Assembly: GCF_006345805.1 (NCBI RefSeq)
Contig: NC_042997.1
Location: 147,188,001-147,252,000 of the forward strand
DNA: 64,000 bases
From: Octopus sinensis
Lineage: Eukaryota
Reading direction: 5' to 3'
Every line of letters begins with the position of its first letter. Positions within the stretch are counted from its first letter, which is position 1. A program made the translations under genes and the position numbers. Below, piece after piece: positions 26,201-40,279 of this stretch. Under the pieces are notes generated by a model. That model made no database searches and had not been told where the DNA came from. It saw only the letters and a list, made by a program, of their open reading frames with translations.

Positions 26201-29200
26201 GGCGGCGAAGGTTATTGTAGTTATTCATCGAGCTTCCTGCTCACTGTTACCGATAATAGCTATCGTCCCGTACTGTCTTCCCTTATATATGTGTTGTACT
26301 GAAGCGCATGCATCTTCCAGACATTTTTTCATTTGTGCCTGCGAAGGCTATTTAAATTTTCCCGTCATTTCAACAAACGCTTTTGTATACGATTGCTTGT
26401 TTTTCGGAGCGTGCTTTTCCGTCCTCACTGTGAGACATTACTCATTGTTAAATAATTCTTTGTTGATATTGTAAAGCTTTACCTTTCAAATCTTACGCTG
26501 AATATGTAATCAATTGGTTAGCTGCTTTGGAGAAAACCACAGTTTGTTATATGCATTTGTCTTTGTTATTGTTACTTATTTGGGGAAACATTTTGTTGTT
26601 CTTCTAGTTGTAGTTATTGATGCTGTCTATGATATCGTCCATGATGGTGTGGGACTTGTTTATCTTCTCATTCCTGTTCTTATTTTCATTATTCTCATTC
26701 TTGCCATGGTTGATGTTCTTGCTACTGTTGGTGACATTGTTGACCAAGTTGTTTTTGCTGTTGGGTTAAGTATAAACCCACACCAAGTAAAAACAAAGCT
26801 AACTTAATTCTGCTGACATACCTTGGGGTAGAATATATTTGTCCAAGGTACCGTGCAGTGAGATTTAACCAGGGCTGCGTTATTGTGAAGCATCATGACC
26901 GTACGTGTGAAAAATTATTAATGGGTGACATTTTGGAAAGCCTGCCACCTCAATTCATTTAGCTGTCATTCATTTGAATCGAGGCACGTCTCCCTAAAAA
27001 CGCTATAATTTCGCGATATGACCCTAAATTTCCTTCAGTGTGCACCTATAAAATAGTGCACGTAAGTTGCAATTCAAATAATGCATAAATATATTTGTAT
27101 CTGTGAATAGATATAAATGTAAGTCTGTGTCGGGTATTTGGATAGATCGCAACGTCATCACTTTTCGTCCTGTGTGTGTGTGTGTACACACACACATATG
27201 TATATAAGCATTCATTTTGTGCTTTTTCTTTGGTGAATGATTACATACACATACGCACACACTTGTATGTGTGCTTCTGTGTGTATATATAAGGTTATAC
27301 ACACACATATATATATGCTCGAGGATAAAATTATCTTCCATTATTTTCTATAGAACGAATAGTGAAAAAAATAAAATTACGAATAATAAGATCTGCTAGG
27401 ATAGTTGTTTTTTTCTTTCTCTTCATTTTCAAAGAGTTATCGATTTTCATTTATCATCTTTTCCTTACTTCGAGAATCTCAGAGGAAAGACATGCTATAG
27501 AAGAAACATGGTATATGTAACACATTTTATACTAGAAATAGTGATTACTGGAGAATATCGCATTCTTTTATGTTGAAAATATTATTACAGAAATTCGTGA
27601 CATTTTACAAATATATTGTTCGGGGATCGATAGGATTGAAATAAAAGAAGGTATCTGATTAGTTTTACTTATTGATAAAGGTTTGGCAATATTATACACA
27701 CACACATATATATATATATATCTATATATATATGAAATGTGCGTGCGTGTGTATGTGCAACATATAGTGTATTAAGCAAGACTAACGAAAAGAGAGAACT
27801 TGAAGCTTTTGTAGAGTAACAATTTCACTGTAGGTATTGGAGAGTTCAATACCTTAGTATGACTAACAGTACTATAACAAGCAGGGATTCTCGGATTTTG
27901 GACATACTCAGAAAGTCTTTATTGTCAATTCAACAATTCCACACCACCTGGCACACACCGTTTAAATCTTTCCATATACTTAACTTACTCAAGACAAAAA
28001 ATATATAATCTCACTCATGAACATCGTCATTGTCTAATTTCCAAAATATTCTTCCTTAAAACTAATAATTATACAAGTAAAGAAGAAAGCTTTAGCACAA
28101 ATTTGCTATCTCTTTCACAAACTAGCTTTGATGCATGTTCAATTTCTTTGCCACCACACTAATTCACAGAGTACCCCAATGGTTTATAAATTAGACTTAT
28201 CATTGCTCATGCTCAACTTTATTTTCTAGTTACAAACCGACGCTCACCTTCCATACCTCATCGACCAGCTTACTCACATGCGCAAATCCTTCACACTAAA
28301 TCACCGACTTCAAATAAAACAGAAAACAAAACCCACGAAGAACTCTAACAACATTCCTAACACTTTTAAGTCAAACGAATAAAGCTATAATTAAATATAA
28401 CATCTCACAGATAGAGGATTCTCGTCTGGTATGAAATTGCCAGATACTGTGAGACACTGATGCATATACTAGTGATATCCAAATTAGTGTATGCTTCATA
28501 TCGGCATTAAATAGGCTATAAGACTTTCTTAAAATGTGATTATTGACAAAAGAGTACATTGTTATAAAAATCCTTTTTACCCCTTATCATTAAACCAAAT
28601 GATGTAATACTAGGTACGATTCCATGCATGCAAATAAAAGAAATATAGCTGTTATAACGAGTAGAAGCAGTAACGTGAAACAAGAAACCGTTTAACATTA
28701 CCAGATATCAATGAAATTTCGACACCTTAACTTGAGATCACGACTGCCAACGATGTCGAAGAGTTTTAGAAAATGTAGTCCAACGCCGCTTGGGAATACA
28801 TAAGCAAAATGCTTGTATTTGGATTATGAATCTCAAATGCATACACCTTAAGCACGACATACAAGGTAAAATAACATATCTAAAAAGAATTACTGCTAAA
28901 TTGATTTAGTAAATTAGATACTAAAAAATAAAATATAAAAATGCTATACCTAAACACATCAATCGTAAACACTAACATATATGACAAAAACTAAAATCTA
29001 GGATTAAAAAATAATTATTGATAAATTTATGTAAATAATTAAATGCAAATTTCCGTTGATGTTAAACAGCTTTAGAAATACGGTTTAACGCTATGAGAAA
29101 TATACAAACTAAAATGCTTTTATCCAGACGATAAAACACAGATGTAAAATTCGTAAACACGAACACGTAAGGTGAATATTGCAACAAAAATAATTATTGA

Positions 29201-29382
29201 CAAATTAACTTACGTAAACTTATACCATAAAAAATAAAACACTCTAAACATACCATGGTTCAATTAAAAAAAACAAGACACCAATGCATTAAAATATATA
29301 AAACAATTATATATACATATATATATAAATTTTAAATATCATTGCAATACAAAAGTATCACTTTCCAGCCAAATTAAGAACC

Positions 29383-29616
29383 TACTTTCTTTACTACTCA
29401 CAAGGGGCTAAACATAGAGTGGACAAACAAGGACAGACAAACGGATTAAGTCGATTACATCGACACCAATGCGTAACTGGTACTTTATTTATCGACCCCG
29501 AAAGGATGAAAGGCAACGTCGACCTTGGCGGAATTTGAACTCAGAACGTAACGGCAGACGAAATACGGCTGCGCATTTCGCCCGGCGTGCTAACGATTCT
29601 GCCAGCTCACCGCCTT
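29383..29616 (-). mobile_element. Family-1 SINE, tail A, 17-bp TSD
   Basis: TSD CAG(C/T)CAAATTAAGAACC at 29366-29382 and 29617-29633. Confidence 0.92.
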
Positions 29617-29735
29617 CAGTCAAATTAAGAACCGTAAAGGTAGAATTAAAAATAAGAAATAGGCATCAATGTTTGCTGGAAATAGCGGTCGATTACGATA
29701 CGACGCTATATAAAGCTTCACTGAAACATATACGT

Positions 29736-30917
29736 AATTCATAATTGCCTACAGGGGCCAAACAAAGAGGGGACGATACAAAAGTCAGAGGGCCAGGATG
29801 AAAAACACAAAAATATATGATAAATCGAATAAAAATTTGATAGTAAAAATCGGATGAAACAACAATACAAATTACAAAGACAATGAAGTGTGGGACGGGT
29901 TCTGCTTTTGGCCCCGCAAGCTCCTACCCACCAGTGCGACCTTTTGGAAAAAACTTTCAGGAAACTCTTAGTTGGAGACATTCACACCCACCATTTTGGC
30001 CACAACCTTCCATCTTCTCTTGTATATGCCCGGCGACAGGCACCCCTTCTCCGCCCTTATCTTCCTTTCAGGTGGAAATAAGGGAAGCTGACCAGCCCAA
30101 GGCTGGAGATGAAAGTGCCTGTCACAAACCTTTCATTCGGATCTTCCACTACTTCTTTCGCAATAGTGAGAAAACAGGCCTTGCCTTCTTTGCCCAAGGA
30201 GGGAGGGGGAACAATTTTTATAATCGACTCGGAAGACAGCTGTACTCTTCCCAGTCGTGACAACAGATGTTCTACGTAAACCCTCATTTCAGAAATTTTG
30301 GGGCATTGCACAATCGCGTGGAGGACGGTTTCCTTGTCCTGCTCGCATCTTGGGTACAAGGGTGAACAAGAGCCACCATGCCTTGCGAGTTTATCGCGAA
30401 CCGGTAGCTCACCTTGGAAGCATTGCCAGGTCAGAGATCTCTGGAAGTTATCCAAAGACGCCGGTCTGAATGTTCTTCGGAACATGTTGGTTAACTGATT
30501 TTTGTCGAAGCCCAGGGTCTCCCCCAGGCCGTAGTCATTCCTTGCATATACCGACCTTCTATAAAAGAATGAAGTTGAACCCCCATCGCTGGCATTACCT
30601 GGGTGAGAGAGGAACCGGAGTGCCGGCAGGCACTCCAAGTGGCACTGGTCGTGCTTACTTCTACGTTGGATCCAAGGTTCTAGTTCACTAAAGCTAGTGA
30701 ACCTAGGAAGCAGCTATCTGACGAACGGAGACCACACCTGTTCACCATCCAGGAAACACAACAGATGCCTCAACTTCAGCGCCAATTTGCGTATCAACAG
30801 CCAAGGCATCCCTAGCCCACCTTTTAGCGGGTGTTAGCAGTAGACAGAGCGCTCCACAAGCGGACATTTATTCTTCCACAAAAAGCGGAAAAGGAACTGT
30901 TCCAACTTGTTCAGGGA
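29736..30917 (-). mobile_element. 5'-truncated L1/Tx1-clade LINE (ORF2 C-terminus and 3' UTR)
   Basis: FRFLWKNKCPLVERSVYC*HPLKGGLGMP, then zf-RVT-like LTWQCFQGELPVRDKL...PRCEQDKETVLHAIVQCP; stops and frameshifts; 3' tail homologous to SINE tail A. Confidence 0.88.
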
Positions 30918-31320
30918 ATTCTTTTCTACTCTAGGCACAAGGGCCGAAATGTTTGGGGCAGGGGGCCAGTCGATTAGATCAACTCCAGTACGCAACTGGT
31001 ACTTAATTTATCGAGCCCGAAAGGATGAAAGGCAAAGTCGACCTCGGCGGAATTTGAACTCAAAACGTAAAGACAGACGAAATACCTATTTCTTTACTGC
31101 CCACAAGGGGCTACACACAGAGGGGACAAACAATGACAGACAAACGGATTAAGTCGATTACATCGACCCCAGTGCGTAACTGGTACTTAATTTATCGACC
31201 CCGAAAGGATGAAAGGCAAAGTTGACCTCGGTGAAATTTGAACTCAGAACGTAGCAGCAGGCGAAATACCGCTAAGCATTTTGCCCGGCGTGCTAACGTT
31301 TCTGCCAAGTTAGCAGCCTT
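30918..31320 (-). mobile_element. Family-1 SINE dimer (tail A unit plus tail B unit)
   Basis: Junction AAAGAAATA|GGTATTTCG at 31087/31086. Confidence 0.9.
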
Positions 31321-32148
31321 CCTGGTATCACATAATAAGCTAATGATGTCATTCTGCTGAATTTACTGTAACATAGCTTTATATTGTATCTGTTTTGTTT
31401 GAGTCATATCACTGGCATTTCATAAGGTTTCGAAGCAATCTTTATTTTAGTTACAACATTATTACAAAACAACATCCAATTGAAAAGCGGAGGTTTTTGC
31501 CAGTTATAACAGTTGATGCTTCCTTACGTAAGAAATGAAATGGGTTTTCTCCTTGCCTCCGTTTTCAAACCTCATTACTGAACAAAACTATAACAGTGAA
31601 GTAAGTGACGAGCACGTTAACTTTAATTAATCAAGTTTTTACCTGTACAGAGGTGAGGTAAACAGTATTGAACAATGCTTAACTAAACTGAACGCAAGGG
31701 TGGTAACTGAAAATAACAACAAAAAAATATATATAAAATATTTTTCTCATTTTTCAATTTGAAAAAATTAATAGTTAGACATTCAGTGTATGTAATACTT
31801 TAACAAGAAACAAAATAGGTGGGCGATGGTGGAAATAATATAATTTAGAAAAGGAACATAATTTTTTTTATTATAAAAGTGTTGAGAATAAAATATATGT
31901 ATAAAGTGCAATATTTTCCTTATAGGAAAATGTTACACGTTAAGTAGAAAAAGAAATACAAACACGATTTGTTACCTAAGTTCAATTTGCTATTTTAAAT
32001 TGATTTTCCAAAAAACAAAACAGACAAAAATGCTAAGCAATTGATATAACACGTTTCCCTTCCCAAACATGTTACTTGACAATTTTTTCAACTATATTTC
32101 CTTTTTCAAAGAGTTATACATACGTACATACATACATACATACATACA

Positions 32149-32239
<91 letters not shown>

Positions 32240-32456
32240 CATACATAAATTTACATCTATATATCTATGTACATTAATACATATACATCAATATATGTAT
32301 ATATATATTCATACATCTCTCTCTCTCTCTGTATATATATACACATATATTCATTCATATATATATATACATATATGCATTCATATATGTATATATATAC
32401 ACGCACACACATTCATGCATACAGATACATACACATATATACTGATATATGTATTC

Positions 32457-32505
<49 letters not shown>

Positions 32506-32513
32506 GCACGTTC

Positions 32514-32564
<51 letters not shown>

Positions 32565-35500
32565 CACATATTCACACACACAAACACACACATATACGAG
32601 AAGAGTTCATACATGACAAATAAGTTTTGCATATTTAAACATTGTCCATTTGTGAAAGGGGTAAATCACATACTTTGAACTTTTAAATATACTTAAACAC
32701 AGCTAGCAATTGAAATGAAGATATCGTATTGATAGCTGATAGATCCCACTGTTATAAAAGGTAGTCATTTTCCGAACGATAAGACTCTTTAATATCAGTG
32801 CTTATATCTGTTTTCCATAGCGTTTAGCAGATGAAAGGCAAATCCTCCTTGAAGAGAATATAGAACTATTGCAAAAGCGCACTTCTGAAGTTTGAAATTG
32901 AAACCAAAGGTTTCCACAACCTTAGGGATATTTTGTGCAGTTTTCTTTAATCCATATTATCACTGATCCTGCCGATCTATAATCAAATATATTGCTACCA
33001 TTAACAGCACGTAATTTACTTCAGACAACGTGTATCTAGAATAACATTAACCAGAGTGAGCCTCCATTTATCTCCATGGTGCTAGGATATGATTTGAGGG
33101 AAGCTTGAGCGTTTTTCCTAGCAAGTCAAGCGAGCACGTTAGTGGTTTTCTCGTTAGTTTATTGAAATCAGTGAATTATAGCACCTGATATATAAAAATA
33201 TATTGGATTATATATATATATATATATATATTATATAAACTTTAGATTGTATACATAAGAATTATATCAGCTTACAGGGTGAAGTATATCATTCACTGAT
33301 TCTACTTATGAGTTAGGTGGATTCAGTAGTTGTGAGTTATGCGTCTGGTCTATATGATTAACATAATCGGGAGGATAGAAAAAGGACCGCTGACTATTCA
33401 GCCGGTTTTTGATTCACGATAGAATCAGTGAATATAAATGAATTTCATACACACAAGATTATTTTAGAGAGAACGTTCAAAATGTTTGAATCTGTTGCAG
33501 CATAGAGAATAACAGATCTTTCATGTTTCGCTATATATGAAAGTGAACGATAATATTCACCAGTGAATTGTAGCAGTTGTTGTTTGGCACAGAGCAGTCC
33601 TAACAAAGTAGACCAATGGTTAAAGGTGTTTCAGTATGGCGGTCTAATGTCGGAATAGTTAGAGCTCCGATGAATGCCACGTGATATTGGTTCTGGTTCT
33701 TTATGTTCTGAGTTCAAATCGCGCTGAAGTCAACTTTGCACTCATCCTTCAATGGTCCGTAAATGTAATACAAATGAAATCTTGGTGTCGATTTTTCTCA
33801 TCACGTTCATTTTCACTCCCTCAGAATCAACCACTCTGCAATGAGAGTGGATTGTTGAGTTTCACTCATAATATTCTTTTGCTGCAGGAAATATAAGAGT
33901 AACTTCTTCATTTGCTTCTCTTCTTTACAGACATACAAAACAAAAATAGAAATAATCATTCAACATATCACTGTATGGGTAATAGGGAAAGATGTGTTTA
34001 TTTTCTAACAGTGTACCATTTATTTATCACTATTAAATTAGTTTCAAATTTTAGTACAAAGCCAGTAATTACGGGAGAGAGCTAAGACGATGACATCGAC
34101 CCCCATGCTCAACTGGTACTTATTTTATCGGCCACGAAATGATGATAGGCAAAGTTGATCTCGGCGGAATTAGAACTTAGAACGTAAAGATAGACGAAAT
34201 GCCGCTAAATATTTTCCCCGGCGTCCGAACGATTCTGCCAACACGCTGCCTTTAATCACAAATTGACAGTTGAACATTTCAATAGCTATTGTAAAATACA
34301 CATAAAGATATCTATCGAAATTTAATAGATGTCTGATACGGATTTTATTGATTGCGGATGATAAAGAAAAGACTTGAATGAAAAAATTCTCTGATTCATT
34401 TAATACGAGATTCTATAATTTCCACCTAAACCCTACTTACTTCAAATAAAGATTAGTTCTGTTGTCATTTGGTGGCAGGTCACTACTAATGGAATAATTA
34501 TTTAACTGCATGTGTTTTACCAGTGACTACTCCGTTCAATGATTTCTTCTTTTTTTTTTTTCAAATTTCAAAGAGAGTATGTTGAGATTTACCTCCGATT
34601 TTTTTGCTATTTGTAGCATGCAAAACGACCGTAGTGAGAAACTACAGTTTCAATGCTAAGGATAATACTGTTTAATCTTAGTCCATGCCATGAATGCATA
34701 AAAAGTCAATACGGATTTATCTGCTAAAGTTAAAACAACAACAAAAGCTAAAGGTTACCAACAACATCAACCACGACAATAAAAATTCAATGGGTTAATA
34801 TTCTCATACCTTTAGAGAATTGCATTGTTTTATAAGACCGAAATGAAGAACAGACGATCAAGTACAGGTTATTCGATCCTAGAAAGAAAACAGGTGAAAT
34901 ATTGATCGAAAAGAAGGCTGTATACATTAACATCATTGTGAGATTAACTTTGAACTAAAGATTTTTAATATTGATAAGGATCTACATATTTTAAGAGAAG
35001 GTACAGATGTTTTCTTGCCCACGGACTGTGTTCTTTTCCGCATTTTTGTAAAGTTGAAGATACACGCACTTGGCTTCAACTAGCTAAAGACTTGCAACCA
35101 TCATAGAATTGTTGACACAAAAAAATTGGAGTCCTGAATGTAGGTTTCTATACCTATATAACTTAATGAATATAGTCATCAGTTCCCAACGATATTGAGG
35201 TATATATATATATATTGACATACTCGGTTTGTCCGTCCACACACCCACATCACAGAAACAGAGATAAAATGAGAATTCAAATATATAATTTATGGAACGT
35301 GCAGGTTCTGCATAATCTTGGCCCATGAAACAAGATAAAGACGAACTGCGAACGTATAGTTAACATTTCGCGGTTAGTCAGAGGCGAGTCAAAGAGGTAA
35401 ACATTAATCATGAAAATATTCAGTAAAACACTTAAGGGAGGAAGGGACACTATTAAGAGCATGACAGAGTTAAAGTAAGAAAAAAGAAAACCACATATAT

Positions 35501-35711
35501 AAGTTTTTTTATGACGAGAATGTTAAACACAAACTAAATCGAATGCGTTGAACATGGGAAAATGAAAATGTAAAATAGTAGTCCGAGACGAAGACAAGGG
35601 TAGAGTAGCGAAAGCAAGTTAGCAGTTCACTATTTGAATGGCAGAGAAGAGAAAGAAACAGCGGGAAAAGAAGTGAAGAGTCGAAGTAGAGAAGGATAAA
35701 GATACAGGTAA

Positions 35712-36322
35712 TGGTTTCAAATTTTACCAGAAGGACAGTAATTTTGGGGAAGGGGATGAGATGATTACATACATTAACCTCGGTGTTCAACTGGCTTTTA
35801 TTTTATCGACTCCGAAAGGATAAATTGACCTCGGTGGAATTTGAAATGAGAACGTAAAGACGGACGATATGCCGCTATTAATTTTTCCCGGCGTACTAAC
35901 GGCTCTTATTTCTTTATTGTCCATAAGGGGCTAAACATAGAGGGGACAAACAAGAACAGACAAACGGATTAAGTCGATTACATCTACCCCAGTGCGTAAC
36001 TGGTACTTATTTAATCGACCCCGAAAGGATGATAGGCAAAGTTGACCTCAGCAGAATTTGAACTCAGAACGTAGCGGCAGACAAAATACCTATTTCTTTA
36101 TTACCCACAAAGGGCTAAGCATAGAGGGGACAAACAAGGACAGACATAGGTATTAAGTCGATTACATCGAATCCAGTGCGTAACTGGTACTTATTTAATC
36201 GACCCCGAAAGGATGAAAGGCAAAGTCGACCTCGGTGGAATTTGAACTCAGAACGTAACGGCAGACAAAATACCGCTAAGCATTTCGCCCGACGTGCTGA
36301 TGATTCTGCCAGCTCAACGCCT
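35712..36322 (-). mobile_element. Family-1 SINE trimer (A, A, C tails)
   Basis: Junctions at 36091/36090 (|GGTATTTT) and ~35905 (|GAGCCGTTAG). Confidence 0.9.
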
Positions 36323-36794
36323 TAAATAGTGACACAGATAATGAGAAGTAGGAGTAAGAGGATCACAGTCAGATAAGAAAATTACGAACAATGGTGGGTT
36401 AGATTGTGTGCGTCATAACAAGTAATAGCAAGATACAAAATACAAATGCAGGTGGAACCACCGGAAGTTCTTCCTTTCCTTAACTATTCAAACAAGGGAA
36501 TGTGAAGTCTCAGCCTTAAGGATAGTACAGCTTAACCATAGTCCAATTCATATATGCAGAGAAGATTCATGAAGATTTGTCCGATGAAGAGGAAACAAAG
36601 TCAGACCGCAGAAATATGTTTCGCTGTGGGTCAGGGACGAGATAAATAGATGAGAAGCGATTGCCAAATGGTTAAGTTGTTCAGGCAAGGGAAGAGACAA
36701 CGGACACAGACATAGATGAGTGCTTATGTAGTTTCTTTTGTATCTATATGAACTTCGAGATCGATGCTACTGAGTGGTAATTTTGACAAGAAAA

Positions 36795-37194
36795 GGCGGC
36801 GAGCTGGCAGAAACTTTAGCACGCCGGGCGAAATGCGTAGCCGTATTTCGTCTGCCGCTACGTTCTGAGTTCAAATTCCGTCGAGGTCGACTTTACCTTT
36901 CATCCTTTCGGGGTCGAAAAATTAAGTACCAGTTACGCACTGGGGTCGATATAATCGACTTAATCCGTTTGTCTGTCCTTGTTTGTCCCCTCTGTATTTA
37001 GCCCCTTGTGGGTAGTAAAGAAATAGGTATTTCTTCTGTCGTTACGTTCTGAGTTCAAATTCCACCGAGGTCGACTTTGTCTTTCATCCTTTCGGGGTCG
37101 ATTAAATAAATACCAGTTACGCACTGGGGTTGATATAATCGACTTAATCCGTTTGTCTGTCCCTGTTTGTCTCTTTGTGGGTAGTAAAGAAACA
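36795..37194 (+). mobile_element. Family-1 SINE dimer with 14-bp TSD
   Basis: Internal junction at 37025/37026; TSD GGTAATTTTGACAA at 36776-36789 and 37195-37208. Confidence 0.92.
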
Positions 37195-37461
37195 GGTAAT
37201 TTTGACAAATGTTTTTCTTATAAACCTCGTGTCTTGGCAATCCTTGTCAATGGAAGCTGTTTAGGAAACTGTTTATCCGGTCAGATGAACTGTTCCTATA
37301 ATTTAAGGGTTCTAATCTTGTCACACAGTGTGTCGTTGTGATTCTATTTCAGAATTACATTAAGGATATGCGTATAAGCGGAATACTCAACCACTTCAAT
37401 GAACAAATGATGCTCGTGCAATGAAATCGTCGAGAGAGTATTTTCTCTTTATCTATTTGAG

Positions 37462-37555
<94 letters not shown>

Positions 37556-38320
37556 CGTCTGGCTGTTTGTATGTCTGTCTGTCTCTCTCTGGTGACACCA
37601 TCATCATCGTTGTCGCCGTCAGGCCCTAAATGCATCTGAAATGTTCGTAATATAACTCAATAATGTTACATGGTTTATCAGCCAGCATATTACCACGCTT
37701 TAGGCTTTACATCGTCTCTTAATACGATGTGGATTCGGATTAGGTTTTGATGCATGAGCAAACTACACTAGCAAATTCACATCTCAGTTAAAACGGAAGA
37801 AAGAGTTGTAGCATAACATTCAGCAGCAAATATTTAATTAACATGTTGTGCGCAAACTACTGAGATTTATACTATGTTTTAGCAGCAAGATAACTACAGT
37901 TAACAGGCGTTAACAATATGGTTTCTGTCAGATCTCTGAAACTTCTGCAGTGCTAACTCTGATTGATAAAGTAGGAGAATGTTCTAGGTTTGGAAAACAG
38001 TTAACCAATGGAATTGAAAACAACTTGCGTAGGCGGAATTAGCTTCAAATATGTCATTTTCCCACATTCACACATAAAATGTAAAATTGAAATAAAATGT
38101 ATTGGATGACTGTAATCCGAAGTATTGTCAGTTATGAAGTTTCCAGAAGTACGAAAGCTAAAGTTTTTTCTCATAAATATTTCTCATGGTTGTTGTCAAA
38201 CAAAAGGAAATAATTCAGATATGTTAAGCCTTAGCAACCAGCGAGTAGCATCTCCGTAAATTCTCTCATTGACTCTTCCTGCTCGCTATTGCTTTTCAAC
38301 CCCAGGTCAACGCTGATTAA

Positions 38321-40071
38321 CGCTTCAGATATGAATACAGAATCGCGGCAAATGCCAGTAGCAATCCAAAAACCTTCTTTGCCCATGTCCAACGGAATTC
38401 CCGCTTGAACAACCAAATTGCAACGTTGGCAGACTCAACAGGCGTATCGATTGAGGACCCTTATCAACAGAGTCAATTATTTGCCGAGGCTTTTTCAACT
38501 ATTTTCGAACAAGATGATGGTCGTGAACCCCTTCCATTTGATAGATCGGTACCTCCAATGCTTCGATTGGTCATCACGCGGGACGAAGTCGAACGCGTTA
38601 TTCAAGGCCTCGATGTCAACAAGGGTCACGGCCCTGACGGCATACACCCACGGGTTACCAAAGCGTTGGCTCCGGTCATCTGCGAGCCCTTAACACGTCT
38701 ATTCAATATGCCATTGGCGACGGGTGTTATACCTGCGGACTGGAGAACAGCGATAATCTGCCCAATTTTCAAGAAAGGGAGCCGCGAAGACCCGCTTAAC
38801 TACCGACCGGTTTCCCTTACTTCAATAATCAGCAAGATGTTCGAAACCATCCTTAAGAAAGGTATGATGCTCCACCTCCAAAACACAGCCTCTATCTCTG
38901 ATTCCCAACACGGCTTCGTGCCGAAGAGATCATGCTTGACCAACTTACTGGTAATGGAAGAATTGGTGACGCGCATCATCGATGATAGTGATACTGTTGA
39001 CATGGTTTTATTGGACTTTGCCAAAGCTTTTGACTCGGTAAACCACCGCCTATTACTTGTCAAGCTTCAAACATATAGTTTCCATCCGATATTGTACGAT
39101 GGATTGGTGCCTTCCACTCAGATCGCTCCTTCCAAGTCCAAGTTAATGGTTTGCGATCCGACGTCTCCAGTGCGAGCAGTGGCGTGCCTCAAGGTTCAGT
39201 GCTTGGGCCCTTATTGTTCTTAGTCTTCATAAATGACTTGCCCGACGACCTCACGCAACACACCCTTCTATTTGCCGACGATGTCAAACTGGTCGCTCCT
39301 GGCGGTGATATAGAGGATCTTCGTCGATGCCTCCACCAAATTTGGAGATGGTCTAACGAATGGGACCTGTGTCTGAACGTGACAAAGTGCTGTCATCTGC
39401 CTGTTGGCTCTCCTCCTGCAACTCAACTTGATTTCGAGCCGGGTCGTCTGCAGCTGGAGAGGACCAATCAGGTAAAGGACCTGGGTATCTTGGTGGATTC
39501 CTCCTTTTCGCCTTCGGCCCAGTGCATCCATGCTGCCAACAAAGCACGCGGAGTTCTGTTCTTGATTCGACGAACATTCGGAATGCTCACAGCAGCCATA
39601 TTCCTACCACTCTATGTCACGCTGGTGAGACCCATATTGGAGTACGGGATTCAAGCCTCTTCTCCTTATCTCCTCAAAGACATACAGCATCTTGAAAGAG
39701 TCCAGAAGCTGGCTACCCGCATGGTTCTTGGTTTCAAGAATTTGTCTTATGAAGAAAGGCTGAGGACGCTCGACCTTTATTCTCTAGAAAAACGACGACG
39801 CCGTGGTGATCTCATTCTTGCTCACAACATCATAAGCGGAAAGTGTAACCTCTCGAAAGAGCTGTTCTTCACTCCTGCTCCAGAGCGTCGGCTGCGGGGT
39901 CATTCCGAAAAGCTCTATCTGCGACGATTTCATCTCAATCAAAGGAGAGGGACTTTCTCCGTCCGGGTTGCGGATCCGTGGAATAAGCTGCCGGACGAGA
40001 TGGTGAATCTGCCGACGACCGCTCGGTTCAAAGTCTCCCTTGACCACAAGTGGCCTGAACTCTTTACATGA
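38321..40071 (+). pseudogene. LINE ORF2 reverse transcriptase (5'-truncated, single frameshift at ~39088)
   Basis: NPKTFFAHV, GPDGIHPR, NYRPVSLTS, QHGFVPKRSCLTNL, LDFAKAFDSVNH, [frameshift] DIVRWIGAF, SGVPQGSVLGPLLF, LFADDVKL, RPILEYG, RGHSEKL. Confidence 0.95.
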
Positions 40072-40140
40072 ACACCACCCAGTACGTAACTCCATGTCCC
40101 CCTACATGGCCTTGCTTTTTGCTTTTTGAGCCAAAAAAAT

Positions 40141-40174
<34 letters not shown>
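38321..40174 (+). mobile_element. Young 5'-truncated CR1-type LINE
   Basis: RT-coding region; 3' UTR hairpin CCATGT-CCCCCT-ACATGG (40092-40109); (TAAC)8 tail at 40141-40172; visibly more GC-rich than flanks. Confidence 0.95.
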
Positions 40175-40175
<1 letters not shown>

Positions 40176-40279
40176 TATCACAGCCTTTCCAGACACGACC
40201 ATTTTATCTATTTAGGGAGTATCCAAAACTATATTAGTCAATGTCTGCTATTTTTCGATACTAATGCACAACTTAAGTC

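Noticed and set aside
26514-26807. Hydrophobic 97-aa ORF resembling a membrane protein
   Set aside because: Derived from GTT/ATT/GAT-rich low-complexity sequence; non-ATG start and no splice or homology support
27780-29300. A-rich stretch resembling a decayed Jockey/I-type LINE
   Set aside because: No motif clear enough to support a call
36575-36606. CCGATGAAGAGGAAACAAAGTC hammerhead-like string
   Set aside because: No stem II and a poor stem I; likely chance
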